This document shows, in pieces, positions 1 through 32,451 of a stretch of 64,000 nt of DNA (its first letter is position 1; each line of letters opens with the position of its first letter). The stretch comes from Macrostomum lignano. Lineage: Eukaryota. Location of the stretch: contig NIVC01000975.1 of NCBI GenBank assembly GCA_002269645.1, forward strand, positions 248,001-312,000, in the 5' to 3' direction. A program made the translations under genes and the position numbers. A model generated the notes under the pieces. The model was not told where the DNA came from. It did not search any database and saw only the letters and a list, made by a program, of their open reading frames with translations.

Positions 1-861
1 GTGTTCACGTTTTTTGGTAAATCAAGTAGAAAAGTTGTATTTCTAATAAAAACGTAAGCAGAAATTCACAACTGTTGGAACAGGTTTCAACAAAATTACT
101 ATTGTGAAAAAATGGTCCTGAGTTCACGATTGTGATCACATCCGACCCCTAAGATAAAAGTACGAGTACGAATATAAGCCCAGGAGAGATGGAATCTTGT
201 CAGTCAATTTATGTGCGCACTAATTAGATGACGAGAAATTTTTGTAAATTAAAAGAGTCATAGTTACACCCCGCTGTTTACCTTACACTTTTTGCTTACA
301 TTCAGATTCGGATTCAGATTTTTTTTGTACATTCGGATTCGGTTTCGGAAACTTGCAAAAATCCACATTTGGTCCATCACTAATAAATACCAAAGTAGTA
401 CTAAGTAGATAATGAGGCATTTTGCTTTAATAAGACAGTCATAGTTACCCCTGTTGTTTACCCAAAGTTGCATTAATTTTGCTGCTTTAGGGTTTCTTTT
501 ATATGTAAGTTGCAATTTTGGCCAAAAACTACCTATGTCACATTTTTTGTCAAAACTAAGTTGCACTGTTGACCAAATTTTGGAATTGGCACATGTATGT
601 ATTCATGGCATACATAATTGGATTTGTTTTGTTTGTAAATTTTATAGCATGTTTGTTTGCATTTATGTATATCTGCTTAGTAGTACCATGCATTTATAAA
701 TTTGGTTCAACACATTCTGGTATACATTTAGCATGATCTAGACTATACTATATGCTTCTAACTTGCTTCTGTATCAAACTGTCTTGGCCCCAGAATATTA
801 AGGGGTCTAGGAATTTAGCACCAAAATGCCTAGCACTAAAAGTGTCTGGCTACCCTAAACT

Positions 862-1542
862 AGACCAATTGTTTTAGATACTAGAAATATAAATGGACTC
901 AATAGAGACCAAAATATTATATGAATTAGAATTAGCATTACTAAAAATCAGAATGCTTAGGCTATTTATAAACAATTGCCTAGTAGTAATACTAGGCCTA
1001 TTGAATAATTATTAAAAACATTAATAAAAATAAAAACTTTTAGCTTAATTTAAAAAGCATTTAGCAAGTTGGATTAAAAGATCTTTTTCTGAACATTTCA
1101 TATGTTGGCTGCTACTTAAAGATTCCATTATTTTAATAGTTGACAATTCTTTGAATAGGATTTTTTGATGTGAATACCACCAAGATTGCCACACATTAGC
1201 CCCCAAATAGACCAATTGTTTTGGATAGGCCTACTAAGAAGTATAATTAGATACAATAAAGACAAAAATATTGTCATTAGCATTACTAAAAATCTTAATG
1301 CTTATTTGTAGACAATTGTCTAATAGTAATACTAGGCCTATTGAATAATTATTAAAAACATTGTAAAAAATAAAAGCTCTTAGTCTTACCATTATTTGTG
1401 AAGCATTTAGCAAGTTGGATTAAAAGATCTTCTTCTGAACATTTTACATGTTGGCTGCTACTTGAAGAGCCCATTATTTCAATAATTAACAATTCTTTAA
1501 ATGGGATATTTGATTTGAATACCACCAAGACTGCCACACATT
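862..1542. repeat. Diverged tandem duplication, 2 x ~345 bp, AT-rich
   Basis: AGACCAATTGTTTT starts at 862 and at 1209. Shared blocks such as TAGTAATACTAGGCCTATTGAATAATTATTAAAAACATT and ...GAATACCACCAAGA(T/C)TGCCACACATT recur at a ~345-bp offset. Confidence 0.85.
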
Positions 1543-4085
1543 TGAACTACTACACATGTGAGAGGAGGCCGGTAGGAATTCAGCTCAACCTTTTATGTTA
1601 ATTTTCAATAGGTTTTATAGTACAATACAGAATAGACAAACTACAAACAATATCATTTTATATCTCAAAAAGCATTAAAGCTTAGGCATTTACTAGTTGA
1701 AACAAAGGCGTAGACAAAATATATATTTGACTTTTCGGTGCCGCTGCTGTTTTTTAGACAATCGGATAAATCAGCTATTAACTTTGACTTAAAATTTAAA
1801 TTCCAGCCAGTCAAGGTTTGATTTCATGTTAGTTGAATGTGTTGGCCGTCAATTCAGTGGGGCTATAAGCTCTATATAGTCGCTGTTAATATTAATTACA
1901 ATGGAATATTAAAAACGACAGATCTTTTTACTCTCAAGAAGAAAAATTAAAGCTATATATATCGCGCAGGCATAGTTTCAAAGAACGCGATTGCAATTAA
2001 AAATTACAAAAATTGTTCTTTAAAATAAACAAATCTGTATTTATTTATATCTATTTATATTTATTTATGTCTGTATCTGTACCTATTACTAATTTCAAAA
2101 AGAAAGTCGGACATCTATCAAGTTGGTTTTTCTTGCTTTAGTCGTTCCTAACACTATTCTATTTCGGCCTTCTATTCTATTTTCTATTTTAAAATAATGA
2201 GGATGTATTTCTTGGTTAAGTTCTAACTATCAGTATCGACGTAACCCAAAGACTAGTAGAATGAAACTTTGGACCTGCGGGGCTCGAGGATTGTAAGAAG
2301 TTTGAATAATTCGACGATCTACAGCTTTACCATCGTTTTATGCGAGCTCACACCCTTATTGGCCTTCTACATGTATTTGCTAGCTGGTTGACTTGTGCGA
2401 CGAAGAACTACACGAACTAATTTTTGAAGAAATACAGAGGACTTAAGTTAAGTAGGATGAGAAACATGTATTTCCTTGGGTTTTTCGAGGCCCATTTCCG
2501 ATCAATAATATTCATAGCAATTGATCGATCAAGTTGCAATGTTTTTCAAAATGTACATGTACCTTATTTCTATTGGTTTCAAAATAATTCCAAAAATAAA
2601 TATAAGAATTTTAATTTATTTTTATGGATTGTATGATAGTATTTACTTTTAAAACAAAAATACATGCATCTACAAATGGTAGGCTGTGATTCGCAAAAGC
2701 TTTATAGCTGAGTCTATAATAATATTTATATTAATCATTAAAAATTAAGTCATGTACACAAATACGATAGCGCTTTTGAAAACGTCTGTAGTCTAGTAGA
2801 TAGATCTTAATTAAGTGGGTTCACAGTCCAGTTATGTAAACTGATGCGCTATAGTTGAATGGAATTATAGAAAGTCAGAGTTAACAAGCGCGTATTTGGG
2901 GATCAAGAATAAATGTAACAGTACTAAAAGTGCAGACTTCCTGCGCATATAAATGAACAAATCATTTCAACTGTTCTTTTTCTTCAAAAAACGAGTAAAT
3001 TAGAAGTGTTGTCTACAGCATACAGTACATGCCGAAACTCAAACTTCACACGGCCGATATGCGACATTGGTTCTTGGTGGTCGCGACAAAAATTACTGAC
3101 GACTGAGATATTTTTGAATGGCCTTGCGGGGCCCTTTGTTTGATGCTGCCACGTGTTTTTTCTGCTTCTTTTCCCACGTTTTTACTCTTTTCTTCTTTCT
3201 CAGAATCTCCTTTTCCTTCCTTTCTCATCTTTTTTATTTCTTCCATTCTTTTTTTCCGGTCCCTAGTTCGACTTATTTTGGACTGGGCGTTTTTGCGACT
3301 TACATTGGATCAGGCCTTGCCTCTAGACATACCTGGGCGGGCCGGTGTTGGGCATGCATGGTCTAATTCTAATGATATAATCGCTAAGCTAATGAGCTAA
3401 TAAAAGACCAAGGGACACAATTATGCAAAAAAATTGAAGGCCCAATTCTGTACATGCCCATTCGCCCCGTTTTTTATAGTCTTTGAAAGCTTAATATTTC
3501 AAAATTTAAATAGGCAAACTTGTAAACAAGACGCATAAATACAAGGACTGCTCAAGTAAAAAGACGGGAAACTATGTTTCTTGGAAATAGTTAGGACCGT
3601 TTTTGCCAAAAAAATGCATTACAGGAAAAGATAAAAATTAGATCTGCCTCCTAGCAAAATAAATTACATATTTTGTGTTCAAAAATGAAAACCTCCATTT
3701 CCCATAATGTTATTTTTTCGGTAAAACCTGCCTCTTGTAAAGTTCCAATTAAAAGGTAGTTGGCCGTCCTACTTTAAAAGCAGTAATTGGCATAAATATT
3801 GAAGTTCAGAGTATAAGAAATTGTTAGTTGGGGTAAGGAAACTGAAATTTTATAATGTCACTCCAATACATTTTCAGTCGAGCTTAGGTCTTCAAATGAA
3901 TTTATTCGTATGTTATTTTTTGAAGGGTGTTACACACGTATTTTCACTAACAAGTGGTAATTGCTCAGAACAGTCAAACAAGAACAGATGATACCAAATG
4001 CTCCAACTTCTACATAGATCCTGAGTAAAGATTATAAGATAATCAGAGCCTCACGAGCTGGGTCCAGAGTGCAGATCGGCTCCCA

Positions 4086-5762
4086 TCAGAAATATGGACT
4101 GCAACTGCGCTCGTGCTTGTCCCTCTCGTGCTCTGTGACAAATTTTAATTGGCACTTATTGCAATGCACTACACTTCCCGGATGCCTGCGCAAGTAGTGC
4201 GCTTTGAGGGTGCAGTTTTGAGCTGTTGAGTAGTTGCACACCCGACAGCTGTAGGGCCGTTCGCCCGTGTGCTTGCGAATGTGAACAGTTAAATGGCTCT
4301 TCTCAACAGTGGTGTAGTCGCAGCTGGGACACTTGTGCGGCTTGGAGTGACTGTGCTGAGACATGACGTGCTTGCGCAGGTGAATGTTCTGCCGGAAGGT
4401 GCGGGGACACAGGCTGCACTTGAATCTAAGATCCCTGGTAGCGGAGCGCGAATCAACGGATGGCGAAGGTCTGCTGTACGTGGCTAAAGCAGAAGGTTGT
4501 CTGGTCGATGGCGAAGTTTCAATGCCTGAGCTACTAGTACTGCTGCTGATGATTATGGGATTTAAAGACAGAGAGATGGGATTAGTCTTTGCTGCTTGCA
4601 GTTGCTCAGATTGCTCACATGATTGTTGCTGATAGGCCAAGGTATTTGACGAGTAGAATTCTGATAGAAGAACCTGCTGCTGCTGCTGCTGCTGCTGCTC
4701 CTGCTGAGGTGGAAGAGGCGGCGGCGGAGGCGGCGGCAGGAGCAGAGGCTGCTGGGAGACGATTCGGCTGACAGTCTGGATGGCTTTGGATGGCGCGGGG
4801 GCTATTGGACGACGTAGCGTAGAGGAAATCGGGTCCAAGGCCGACGGCGAGGAGTCAACAATGCTAGCGATAGAAGCGACACCGGCGCCTGCACCGTCGA
4901 TGTCGCCGACTAGGGAAGTTGGAACGTCAACGCCGGCATCTTCTAGCAGCATATCAACGTCTAGATCGTCTAGTAGGGGCACAACGAAGTCCGTTTGGCA
5001 TTCTGCGCTGCGTTTAGCAACTGGTGGACGGAGAAGGGCGCAGTCCGGCTGGAGACCGCAGCAGGCGTCAGTGTCGGCGTCGGGTGCATCAGCGGATGCA
5101 GCGGCGGCTGACGGCGGCGGCTGCTGGTGTACAGATGATTGACTTTTCCTAGCAGAGGCGGAGGCATCGGCAGCCGCTGCCGTCAGAATGCGTCGCTTTT
5201 TTGGTACAGCCAAGCAGCAGTCGGACTGGCGTTTAGCCGTTTTACCGTCGCTGTTGTCACCGCCGCCGCCGCCACTGCCGCAGGAGCCTCTGCAGCCGCC
5301 AGCGCCGAAGCTATCCATGCAGCAGCAGCCACTGTCGGAGGCGCGCTGTTCTTTACTAGCCTTCAAGCAGCAGTCGTCTGGTAGGCCCTCCTCGTAAGGG
5401 CAGACCTGTCGCTTCAGGCAGGATCGGGTAGTCTGAGTGCAAGCCTCGGCCAGGCTGTTCTGATCCAGAAGCGGGCGCGGCCTGCCGCCATTCGTAAACG
5501 GGGCTGGTGCACTGCTAGCACCACTGCCAGGCAGAAGCAGAGTTCGCGCCAAAGACAGACAGTGCTCGGCTTGAAGGTGCTGCAGCAGGGCCCACGGAGT
5601 GCGAAATTTGCGCAGACATTTGGAGCATTCCAGAACTGACTCGGTGACGCTAGTTGAAGAGTAGCCAACGTTACAATTGGACACTTTATGGTTCAGGAAT
5701 AGGTAGAAATCAACCACTTCGAATTCTGCGTGACAGGCGCCGCACGATAAATAGTCTGGCAT
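4086..5762 (-). CDS. C2H2 zinc-finger transcription factor with BCL11-type N-terminal CCHC finger (BCL11/ZNF296/ZFP64-like), 558 aa, intronless ORF
   Basis: N-terminal YLSCGACHAEF..FLNHKVSNC resembles the BCL11A CCHC finger. CSKCLRKFRTPWALLQHLQAEH resembles BCL11A [22 protein letters not shown]. There is a C-terminal C2H2 cluster with an HTGERPY linker. Confidence 0.85.
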   Translation of the reverse strand: MPDYLSCGACHAEFEVVDFYLFLNHKVSNCNVGYSSTSVTESVLECSKCLRKFRTPWALLQHLQAEHCLSLARTLLLPGSGASSAPAPFTNGGRPRPLLDQNSLAEACTQTTRSCLKRQVCPYEEGLPDDCCLKASKEQRASDSGCCCMDSFGAGGCRGSCGSGGGGGDNSDGKTAKRQSDCCLAVPKKRRILTAAAADASASARKSQSSVHQQPPPSAAAASADAPDADTDACCGLQPDCALLRPPVAKRSAECQTDFVVPLLDDLDVDMLLEDAGVDVPTSLVGDIDGAGAGVASIASIVDSSPSALDPISSTLRRPIAPAPSKAIQTVSRIVSQQPLLLPPPPPPPLPPQQEQQQQQQQQVLLSEFYSSNTLAYQQQSCEQSEQLQAAKTNPISLSLNPIIISSSTSSSGIETSPSTRQPSALATYSRPSPSVDSRSATRDLRFKCSLCPRTFRQNIHLRKHVMSQHSHSKPHKCPSCDYTTVEKSHLTVHIRKHTGERPYSCRVCNYSTAQNCTLKAHYLRRHPGSVVHCNKCQLKFVTEHERDKHERSCSPYF

Positions 5763-6446
5763 TGTGATGTTGTGAATCTTTATCTTTCTGTTCTTCGGTG
5801 GCTGTTTTGCTCTTGTTGACGAATTGACAAGTCTGCTGATAGAGTTCAGGTCAGGCGGAGAAAAATCTTGTTTATGGAGTTTACTTACTAAGTTCTATGA
5901 AATATAGTCATTCCCGCGCTGCTAATGCTAATATAGAAAGCTAGATAGCCCTTCCTGTCCCTCTACACTTTACCCTGAACGAAAGGGGGGTATAGAGCGG
6001 AGAGGAGAAGGGCAGAAATGTACATTCAACCTCGTCTCCAGTGCGCTGCCACAACAGCGATGAGTTTGGGGGGTTAGAAATGTACATTCTCAATCAACTG
6101 CGTACATCTGGAGGTTATTTGGTCTTTTCCATTTAACTACTGCCAGGCATTTCAGCTTCGCTAGTGAAAAAAGGCCCTTGAAACAGCCCAGTAGCCGCCA
6201 AATGAGCCATCAAATCAACTCCGACCGATGTAACAAAAAGGAATAAAAGTAGGTGTGAATGTGAATCAAGTCGTGTGATGAAATATTGACGCCAGTTGTA
6301 AACGAGCCTTAATAATTTCACAGTAAGACACTACTGTAATTGTCGTTATATGTTATGTTGTGCTGTACGGATGAACCTTTCGTAGACCTTCAACTTTCTG
6401 CTGTTATTTACGAGTTATTTGTAACTTTATTTAACAATTGTCACCA

Positions 6447-7340
6447 TAGGCGTAGGAACGGGGGGGGCCCAGTGGGGCCATGGCCCCCCACTTTTTAAAA
6501 ATGGGGGGGGTCAGTAATGGTATCTGGCCCCTCCACATTTTAAATGTAAAATGTAGACTTCTTGCTTATTTTTGGTTTTTGCTGCTTTGCATGAATGCAT
6601 TTTGATGCAGGGCGACAAAACATAGCGCCTGCAGCGCCAAAATGAGTGCCTGCGGCGTCAAAATGAGTGCCTGCGGCGTCAAAATGAGTGCCTGTGGCGC
6701 TAAAATGAGTGCCTGCGGCGCTAAAACGAGTGCTTGTGGCGCTTAACTGAGTGAGTGGCTGCGGCGCTAAAATGTGTGTCTGCGGCGCTATAAGGAGTAC
6801 CTGCGGCGCTAAAATGAGTGTCTGCGGCGCTATAAGGAGTACCTGCGGCGCTAAAATGAGTGCCTGCGGTGCCAAAGGGAGTCCCTGCGGCGCCAAAATG
6901 AGTGCTTGTGGCGCTTAACTGAGTGAGTGGCTGCGGCGCTAAAATTTGTGTCTGCGGCGCTATAAGGAGTACCTGCGGCGCTAAAATGAGTGTCTGCGGC
7001 GCTATAAGGAGTACCTGCGGCGCTAAAATGAGTGCCTGCGGTGCCAAAGGGAGTCCCTGCGGCGCCAAAATGAGTGCTTGTGGCGCTTAACTGAGTGAGT
7101 GGCTGCGGCGCTAAAATGTGTGTCTGCGGCGCTATAAGGAGTACCTGCGGCGCTAAAATGAGTGTCTGCGGCGCTATAAGGAGTACCTGCGGCGCTAAAA
7201 TGAGTGCCTGCGGTGCCAAAGGGAGTCCCTGCGGCGCCAAAATGAGCGTTGACAACAAAATCCTTAAAATAATAGAAATTTAGGAATTTAGTCATGTACA
7301 AGTTGAATTCTTGGCTTTGTCCCCCCACCATAAAATCCAT
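6447..7340. mobile_element. Probable non-autonomous element: G/C-tract hairpin-like left end plus internal ~21-bp minisatellite with a 172-bp higher-order period
   Basis: Starts ATAGGCGTAGGAACGGGGGGGGCCCAGTGGGGCCATGGCCCCCCAC. Array of GAGTGCCTGCGGCGCTAAAAT-like units at ~6620-7250. GAGTGCTTGTGGCGCTTAACT recurs at 6728, 6900 and 7072. No matching right terminus was found. Confidence 0.5.
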
Positions 7341-7942
7341 ATGGCGACCGCCCCCAGCTGCTTAAGTTTCAACTTCCCTCTTAACAAGTACAAACGTACA
7401 TTAAATTAAGTAGTATACATGTTGCATGTATATACATCTATGGATAAGCAGGCAGTGGGCTGATTGAGGTTAGGTTTGGAGGCTGAAACCTGCTTTAAAT
7501 CTTTGGAAGAACTCTATATATACTTTAGAAAGTAAGTACACGTGTGAGCAATTTTGTTAAGAACAGTGACGATTTCAAATGCACTAAGTTTCCTAGAACT
7601 AAATATAAAGTTCAGCATAAGATTCTCATTCATTTACTGTCCGACACGTGCGCGTGCTATTTTTCGATCTCGGTCATACTCATACATGTAGGACATAGCC
7701 CAGTTATTAAAATGCAGGTATTAAAAGAATGTAATTAATCAAGTTTTTTACTCTTGCTAGTGTAATAGTACCCACTTTCGTTTCAATGCTGATGATGAAT
7801 GTTTCCTTTTTTAATTCCAAAATTTTATTCATTTCATAACTAAAATACATAATAAGTATTGGGGCTTCTTGAAGTTTATGTTGATAAAATAGTTGCAATT
7901 TTGATAGGATCATAATTCTGTCTCTATAGGGGTTTTTGATGG

Positions 7943-8093
7943 TGCTGATTTCAAATTTGAGCTCCATTTTTTGGTAGCTTTAATCCAATTATATGTAGCT
8001 TAAAGCCAACCACCGGGGCATGGGGAATGGGGGGGTTTAGGGTGAGGAGATTTTTCATGAGGATTGATTTTATCAACATAAACTTCAATAGAG
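7943..8093 (+). repeat. Interspersed repeat, copy 1 (homologous to 37771-37923)
   Basis: TGCTGATTTCAAATTT...GTAG(C/T)TTAAAGCCAAC...GGGCATGGGGAAT...GATTTTTCATG...ATTGATTT...AAACTTCAATAGA is shared collinearly with 37771-37923. Confidence 0.8.
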
Positions 8094-9673
8094 GCATAGA
8101 GACCTATTGAAGGTTATGTTGATTTATTCCAATCCTAATACTAATAGGGGGGGGGGTTGTAGCTTAAAGCCAACCACTGGGGCATGGGGAATAGGGGGTT
8201 TCAGGGTGTGGAGATCGAGTAAATTGTGATTGCATCAACCATAAAGGTAATTTTCTGCTGTTTTTTTACATTTTTGAGATTTTGGGTGTCCCATAAGTGT
8301 CTACCGCAAGTTTTAGAAAAATTGGAAAATTGAAAGTATTTTGTCAATATAAACTTCAAAAAGCCCAAGTATTGAGCTCTTCGGATCCTGTTGAATATAT
8401 TCTCAGAAAGAAATCTTATAATAACTGTATATTTGCTAAAGTCTTACATTTCACAAGTCGCATTTAATAAAGTTTATATTATATAGTATTCTACATTTCT
8501 ACATAGTGGCTATTAAAATCAATTGCATGTATTGATGTAAGATTGTGAAGCAAAAATAGTGTTTTTTTCTGGTTCCCACTTTCCATCAAAATATTTATTG
8601 CAATTATAAATTATGCTAGGCCTAGCTTAAGCCTGTATAATATTTTTCTATTTTTAGATTAGGCCTAGTATATTGTTTATTAGATTTAATATGTATATAA
8701 AATACAATCAGGTTATTCATAATACCTGCAGTCTATATATTTTTTATTAATGTGTACACAGTTTTTCTGTATACTTTTAATGCTATATTGGAAGTAGTAT
8801 CATATGAAATTTTAGAGATTGGAATCAAGTGTGTATATAAAATCTATAGGCCCTCTACTATATAATATTGATTATTCAATAAAGTAGAAAAGATGGCTTT
8901 GGCCTATATAAAGCAACCTTTAACCTAAACGCAATGGCAATGCAGGCAGAGGGCAGAGGAGCCTGCTGCTCCTAGCTGGGTGAGTACCTTTCTATCCCCT
9001 TGGGAGATATCTACCTTTTTATCTCTCTGTAATGTGACCAACTATGTTTTTTTAGCGAAAGCTTATTATATATATTTTGTGAGATTTTAGCATATATGCT
9101 GCTCTAATTATAATATTTTGCTAGGAGAGGGGTGACTATCCAACCACTCCCTCAATTGGAGGTGCTGTATTACCACTGTCTAAGGAGATAAAAATGAGGG
9201 TGAGTAATTTTGTAATAGCTAGACATGTAAGTGTCATTCAAGTATATATTTAAATGATGAATTTTACATATATATATTATTATTTTAATCTTTAAAATGC
9301 AGAAATTTTTCATATTTTATATACACTTTTAATCAATTTTTATTAGCTTTAATTATAATTTAAATTTAAAGCTTAGATTATCAAAATATATGCCTAATTA
9401 AATACCATTGGTAGACAAGTTAGTGGCAGATAAGTTATTGGCAGATGAGCTTACTTGTGTATATTTTGGTAGATAATTTGATAGTAGACATGTTGGTTTA
9501 ATAGACAAAGTGACTAAAACCTTATTTAAGGCAGGTAGGCCTAAGAAATAGAAAGGAGAGTAAACTATACTTAAACCTTTTGTTAAATCAATATAAGTAT
9601 TAGGCATCTTAAACTATAAAAAAACAAGGCAAAATGATATAGCAAAAATTGGCCCTGGCTATGAGAAGGTCAG

Positions 9674-11993
9674 TGCTGTGACTATAAGCCTAACTTGACA
9701 GTAAATGAGGAAAAATGTCATAATGCAGACTCGGGGTCCACTTTCTGGGTCACATTCTCAAGTCAGGGACAGTGAAGCCAGATGAAGAGAAGGTGCGCGC
9801 ATTAAGGGAGATGTCAGCCCCTAAAAATCTAAAGATCAATCTAAAAAAATTGGAATCATTTCTTGGCCTTGTTAATTTCTGCGGTAAATTTATTTGCAAC
9901 CTCGCAGAACTCATTGAGCCCCTGTCAGAGCTTAGACCCAGAAGAGCCAAATTCACTTGGACAGACAAGCACGAACAAGCCTTCAATAAGATCAAGATGG
10001 CACTATCAACTGAGTCTATTTTGCATTTGTACGATCCGAAGAAACAAGTGGAAATCGAATATGACGCTTTGCAGGTGGCCATTGGTGGCGTGCTCTCTCA
10101 GGAAGGCAGGCCCATAATCTTCATTAGCAAGTTGTCACCGGCGGAAAAAAGATATTCGCAGATCGAACGCGAAGCATTGGCAATTGTCTGGGGAATTCGG
10201 CGATGTCACCGGTTTCTTTGTGGCAGAGAATTCTCGCTAGTAACTGACCACCGCCCTCTGACCTTCGTGTTTGGACCCTCCAGTCAGCTACCAGAAAGGG
10301 TTTCGGCGCGCCTGCAAAGATGGGCTATTTTATTGTCCAGCTACAACTACAGCATAACATATCGGAAGTCGGCGGAGATGCGATCTAATTCACTATCTAG
10401 GCTTGTAAACGCTTCGATGGAGGCTCCAACTCACGCGATTGGTCCAATCCATCTTTCAAAAAGTCATCTGCTCAAGCTGACCGTTATTCGGTTTTGGTCC
10501 AGGAAGTGCCACGAACTGCGAAATCTCCGAGAGGCAATTCAAATTGGACAGTTCTCGAACAGTGAGATGCGTAGCTACAAACCACTGGCTGGAGAACTAA
10601 CAACTGAAGGAGACTTGGTGCTTCGTGGGTCCAAGATAGTGTTGCCAGTTGCACTTCGAGATAAAGCAGTGAACGCAGCTCACGGTGTACACCTAGGCAT
10701 GACACGCACTAAGTCTCTGATCTATTGCGCGAGTACTTCTGGTGGCCAGGTGTCGATAAGGCGGTAGAGCGTGTAGTTGGTTGTTGTCTGACATGCAAGA
10801 AGGCGAAGCCTCTAAATCGGAATTTCCGAACTTCATGGCAAGCACCACAAGGCCCCTGGGATCGAATTCACATCGATTTTGCGGGTCCGATAGAAGGAAA
10901 ATATTTGCTCGTCATGATTGATTCTCATTCGAACTATCCAGAGGTGCACGTGACACGGGAAATGACATCCGCTACGGTAATCTTGAGGTTGAGAAGAACA
11001 TTCTCCCAGCTAGGGGTACCGAGAGTCCTGGTGTCCGACAATGGATCAAGCTTTGTTAGCCAAGAGACACGAGGTTGGTTGATTGCGATCATGTAACGAC
11101 CCCAGCATACCACCCAGCTAGCAACGGTCTGGCTGAGCGATTTGTTCGTACAATAAAAGAAGCTGTCAGTGCAAATGGATTTTCCCAAGCCGCAATCAAC
11201 AGGTACCTTCTATTCTACCGTGCATCAGCGGGCAAAGGAGGCACATCACCAGCAGAATTACTGATGGGAAGAAAACTGCGTGTACCTTTGATGCCAGCAG
11301 CTGGATGGAGTCCTGGTGAAACCGTAGTGTACAAGACGGAGAAGTCAACACACGAGGCCAGGCTGATCAATCCATTGGGAAGGAATACCGCAATTGTCAA
11401 GCTGGAAGACGGAAGATTCCAGAAAGTGCACAGAGATCAACTTCAACGAACAAGCTCAGACCCAAAGTCTCAGGGAGACGATCAATTAGATTCGAACAAG
11501 GATGTCAGCATTGGAAACCCAATGATGCGTGAAAACGATGGCAACCCTGGTGGAAAGCGTGTGCACGATGACGATGGTATTTCGGAACTGCAAATGGATT
11601 CTGAAGCCTGAGTCAGTCCGAGTGGACCATGCGTTTAAGCCAGCTATACCAGAATTGCCACGGCGCAGCACGCGGCTGGAGCAAAAGTCAAGAGTGAATT
11701 ACAATGAGTGACTATTTTGAGACTTCCTTGATCACTCAAGTTTGGAACTTAAACTGTTCAAGTTATTTTTATAAAAGGGAGAGATGCTGTGGCTATAAGC
11801 CAAGCCGAACCATAAACAAAATGATTTGCTTCCGAGCGCACCGTACGCTTTAGTGATCTACGCGTATCAAGAGCAAGCTAGGCTTGCAAAAATAAATAAA
11901 AAGACAAGAGCCGAGGATTGGCTGGTTAAGTTAAAATTTTTATTTCCAGACTTGTTCCTTTGATTTGTCACAGAAGAAACAAAAGACACAACA
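9674..11993 (+). mobile_element. Ty3/Gypsy LTR retrotransposon, internally deleted (gag, protease and most of RT and the 5' LTR lost), pol frameshifted
   Basis: TSD GTCAG at 9669-9673 and 11994-11998, with TG...CA termini. Retains the RT C-terminus (LTVNEEKC..FLGHIL), RNase H (KRYSQIEREALAIVW, VTDHRPL), integrase HHCC (AHGVHLGM / CLTC) and core (IHIDFAGP, SDNG, SNGLAERFVRTIK) in order RT-RH-INT, split over at least 3 frames. Confidence 0.92.
11785..11993 (+). repeat. 3' LTR (209 bp) of the Gypsy element, preceded by a polypurine tract
   Basis: PPT ATAAAAGGGAGAGA lies immediately before TGCTGTGG. The LTR ends CACAACA, an imperfect inverted match to TGCTGTG. Internal AATAAATAAA. Its first 17 nt match 9674-9690 with one mismatch. 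Confidence 0.88.
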
Positions 11994-12882
11994 GTCAGAA
12001 CCTCCTTGACCCTTTTTATTAAAGGCAAAAGAGCTATGTGTGCATTAGTAGACTTTTAGCAACATTGTTATATAAACTAGTAAGAGGCATTATTGTCTAT
12101 TTTGCCAACTTTCCTAAGTAGATATACAACCATATAACTCACCTAGGAGTATTTAAAAACTCAATTATACTAATAATTTATATTATCTGTATATTAATTA
12201 GATTAGGCCTATATTTATAATTGTTTTATTTTGTTATTTTTTATATTTATAACTAACCTAGCTGATCGCGAAGAAGGCCAATAGGGGCATGGGGGTGAGG
12301 ACGGCAGGGTGGACTTTTCTGCAGCGCCAGCCAGCTGTCTCTCCCATCGCCTTGAATGTCAGGTGTCGGCGGAGAGAATAATGTTTCCCATCTTCTACCT
12401 TCCCAGCCCGCGTGTGCAGATTTTAGAAAACGGAAAACGAGTAGCCGAAGTTTAGGCTTTGTTCCTGCCTCCCAGATTTCCAATTTACACGCGAACGAAT
12501 CCCAATAGGTGTGCACTCTTTTTGCCCTTCACTTTATCCTCTCCTCTCTAGCTGCACAATTTCTGCATGCAGTCGAATTCTTCAGCTTAGTGCAGCCGAG
12601 CCCCTGGGCTTCTGCTTGGCTTTGCACTTTTTGCTTCTTGACCGTGACGACCAGCAGACAGTCGTCCCTCAGTCTCTCCCTTAATGGCTAAGGGATCCGA
12701 TGTACAACCCCCCGTTCGTGCTGGCTGAACTATAAACCCCTAGCGTTTTCTCTCCTTTCTCCGCAGTCTGCTTACCCCCGGGTTCGCTTTTATTATTCCG
12801 GTGTTCGAACTGGTATTTTGGTAGCAGGAATAGCTTCGAAATAGCGGCTCGAACCAGTTTTGGTTGCATTTTGATCACCGAC

Positions 12883-32159
<19,277 letters not shown>

Positions 32160-32451
32160 TGAAAACTCGTGCCCCCCCCAACGGGTATTAGAACTCGGAA
32201 ACAATCAATAGTTTATACACGCTGTACTTGGCGCTTCCAATATTGCGAGACAAACATGTTTAACGTAAACTTACTGTGTGCCTTATATTTATATTTGTGT
32301 TTGTTGCTGGGCCGTTTGCAAGCTACACCCACCTGTGCTGTGCTGCCATTTTTATAAAAATGTAACTCTTATATCAACGGGTTTTTTTCAAATTTGTCCT
32401 TTGCCAAACATTAATCACTTCTGGTCTTATTGATTGCGAAGTTTCCGAACC

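Noticed and set aside
3346-3460. Short inverted repeat TGGGCATG(C/T)A
   Set aside because: Only 9-10 bp with no TSD, which is insufficient for a MITE call.
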